Source: Mobula birostris (lineage: Eukaryota). Taken from it: DNA of 64,000 nucleotides. This document shows, piece after piece, positions 63,350 to 64,000 of the stretch; within the stretch, counting starts at the first letter, position 1, and each line of letters begins with the position of its first letter. The notes below the pieces were generated by a model. That model searched no databases and had not been told where the DNA came from. It worked only from the letters and a program-made list of their open reading frames with translations. Both the position numbers and the translations under genes were made by a program. The stretch spans positions 20,189,309-20,253,308 of the forward strand of contig NC_092379.1 in the NCBI RefSeq assembly GCF_030028105.1. The letters run 5' to 3'.

Positions 63350-64000
63350 GTAAGACCAATTTCTCAATTGTATCTTCACGCACTAGTATTTTATTTATTT
63401 ACCGTTTGGGCGAATTCGGTGATTCGCCTGAAATCAGTGAGATATTTAGAGCAAGTACATGAATCTCCCCGAACCGGCGGGTTTCTCTAGAGCCCAGTAA
63501 CAGTACAAGGGTACATACCCCACCCACCAGTGACCTGTCCACAGACCGGGAACAGGCTCAGGGGAATGGGGTCGGATCTGGTCACCAGACTGTGCCTTGA
63601 CACCGGCCGATTGTGCTGAGTTCAAGTCTGGCTTGTGATCCTCAGCACCAACTGAAGCCACGTTCAGGGGCTGAGCTTTCAGTGCAGTTGAACTTGTTCC
63701 CTGTCAGTGACAACAATGGATTTGTTCAGTGTCAAATTATTGGGATCGGGTTTTACTGTCGGCTGCTTTCATGTTGAAGGTGATGGGATTAAGACATAAT
63801 CTGAGGGAATGGTGTACACATGTATGATCTGGTTGATGGCTCAATATCCCCAGGGTACAGGTGGGTGTCAGTCCCATCATGTAATGTCCGGCGTGAGGTC
63901 CGTCCCGGGATACAGCAAAAGTATCGGCGATAACCCAGGATTAATTGATGGGATTAAAGTTTTAGTTTTATTCCCTGATGGGTGAGGAGGTGGGGTGCGG

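Overview
Eukaryotic genomic DNA from a cartilaginous fish, probably a ray or skate. This assignment is inferred from the repeat families and the IgW-type V genes. Most of the window is nested, decayed retroelements: CR1, Rex1/Babar, L1/Tx1, RTE-BovB, another RTE, Penelope-like elements, ERV relics and an HE1-type SINE. There is one CpG-island promoter at about 13.0-13.6 kb. The last ~3 kb (61.2-63.4 kb) hold the 5' part of an unusual IgW-like heavy-chain cluster. It contains an open leader + V exon apparently pre-joined to D sequence (18 extra CDR3 codons, then a D-type 23-RSS), two tandem dead V copies each carrying an intact 12/23-RSS D, and a 12-RSS-preceded D-J/J segment with Cys in place of the J Trp. 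The intact V has non-canonical VL-interface residues (GLEW to KMER). A V-to-J join would give a ~29-aa, Cys-rich CDR3 reminiscent of type I VNAR. No constant exon lies in the window, so isotype or receptor (IgW vs TCR-delta-associated) cannot be confirmed. Repeat boundaries were read by eye and are approximate; Ig coordinates were counted base by base.
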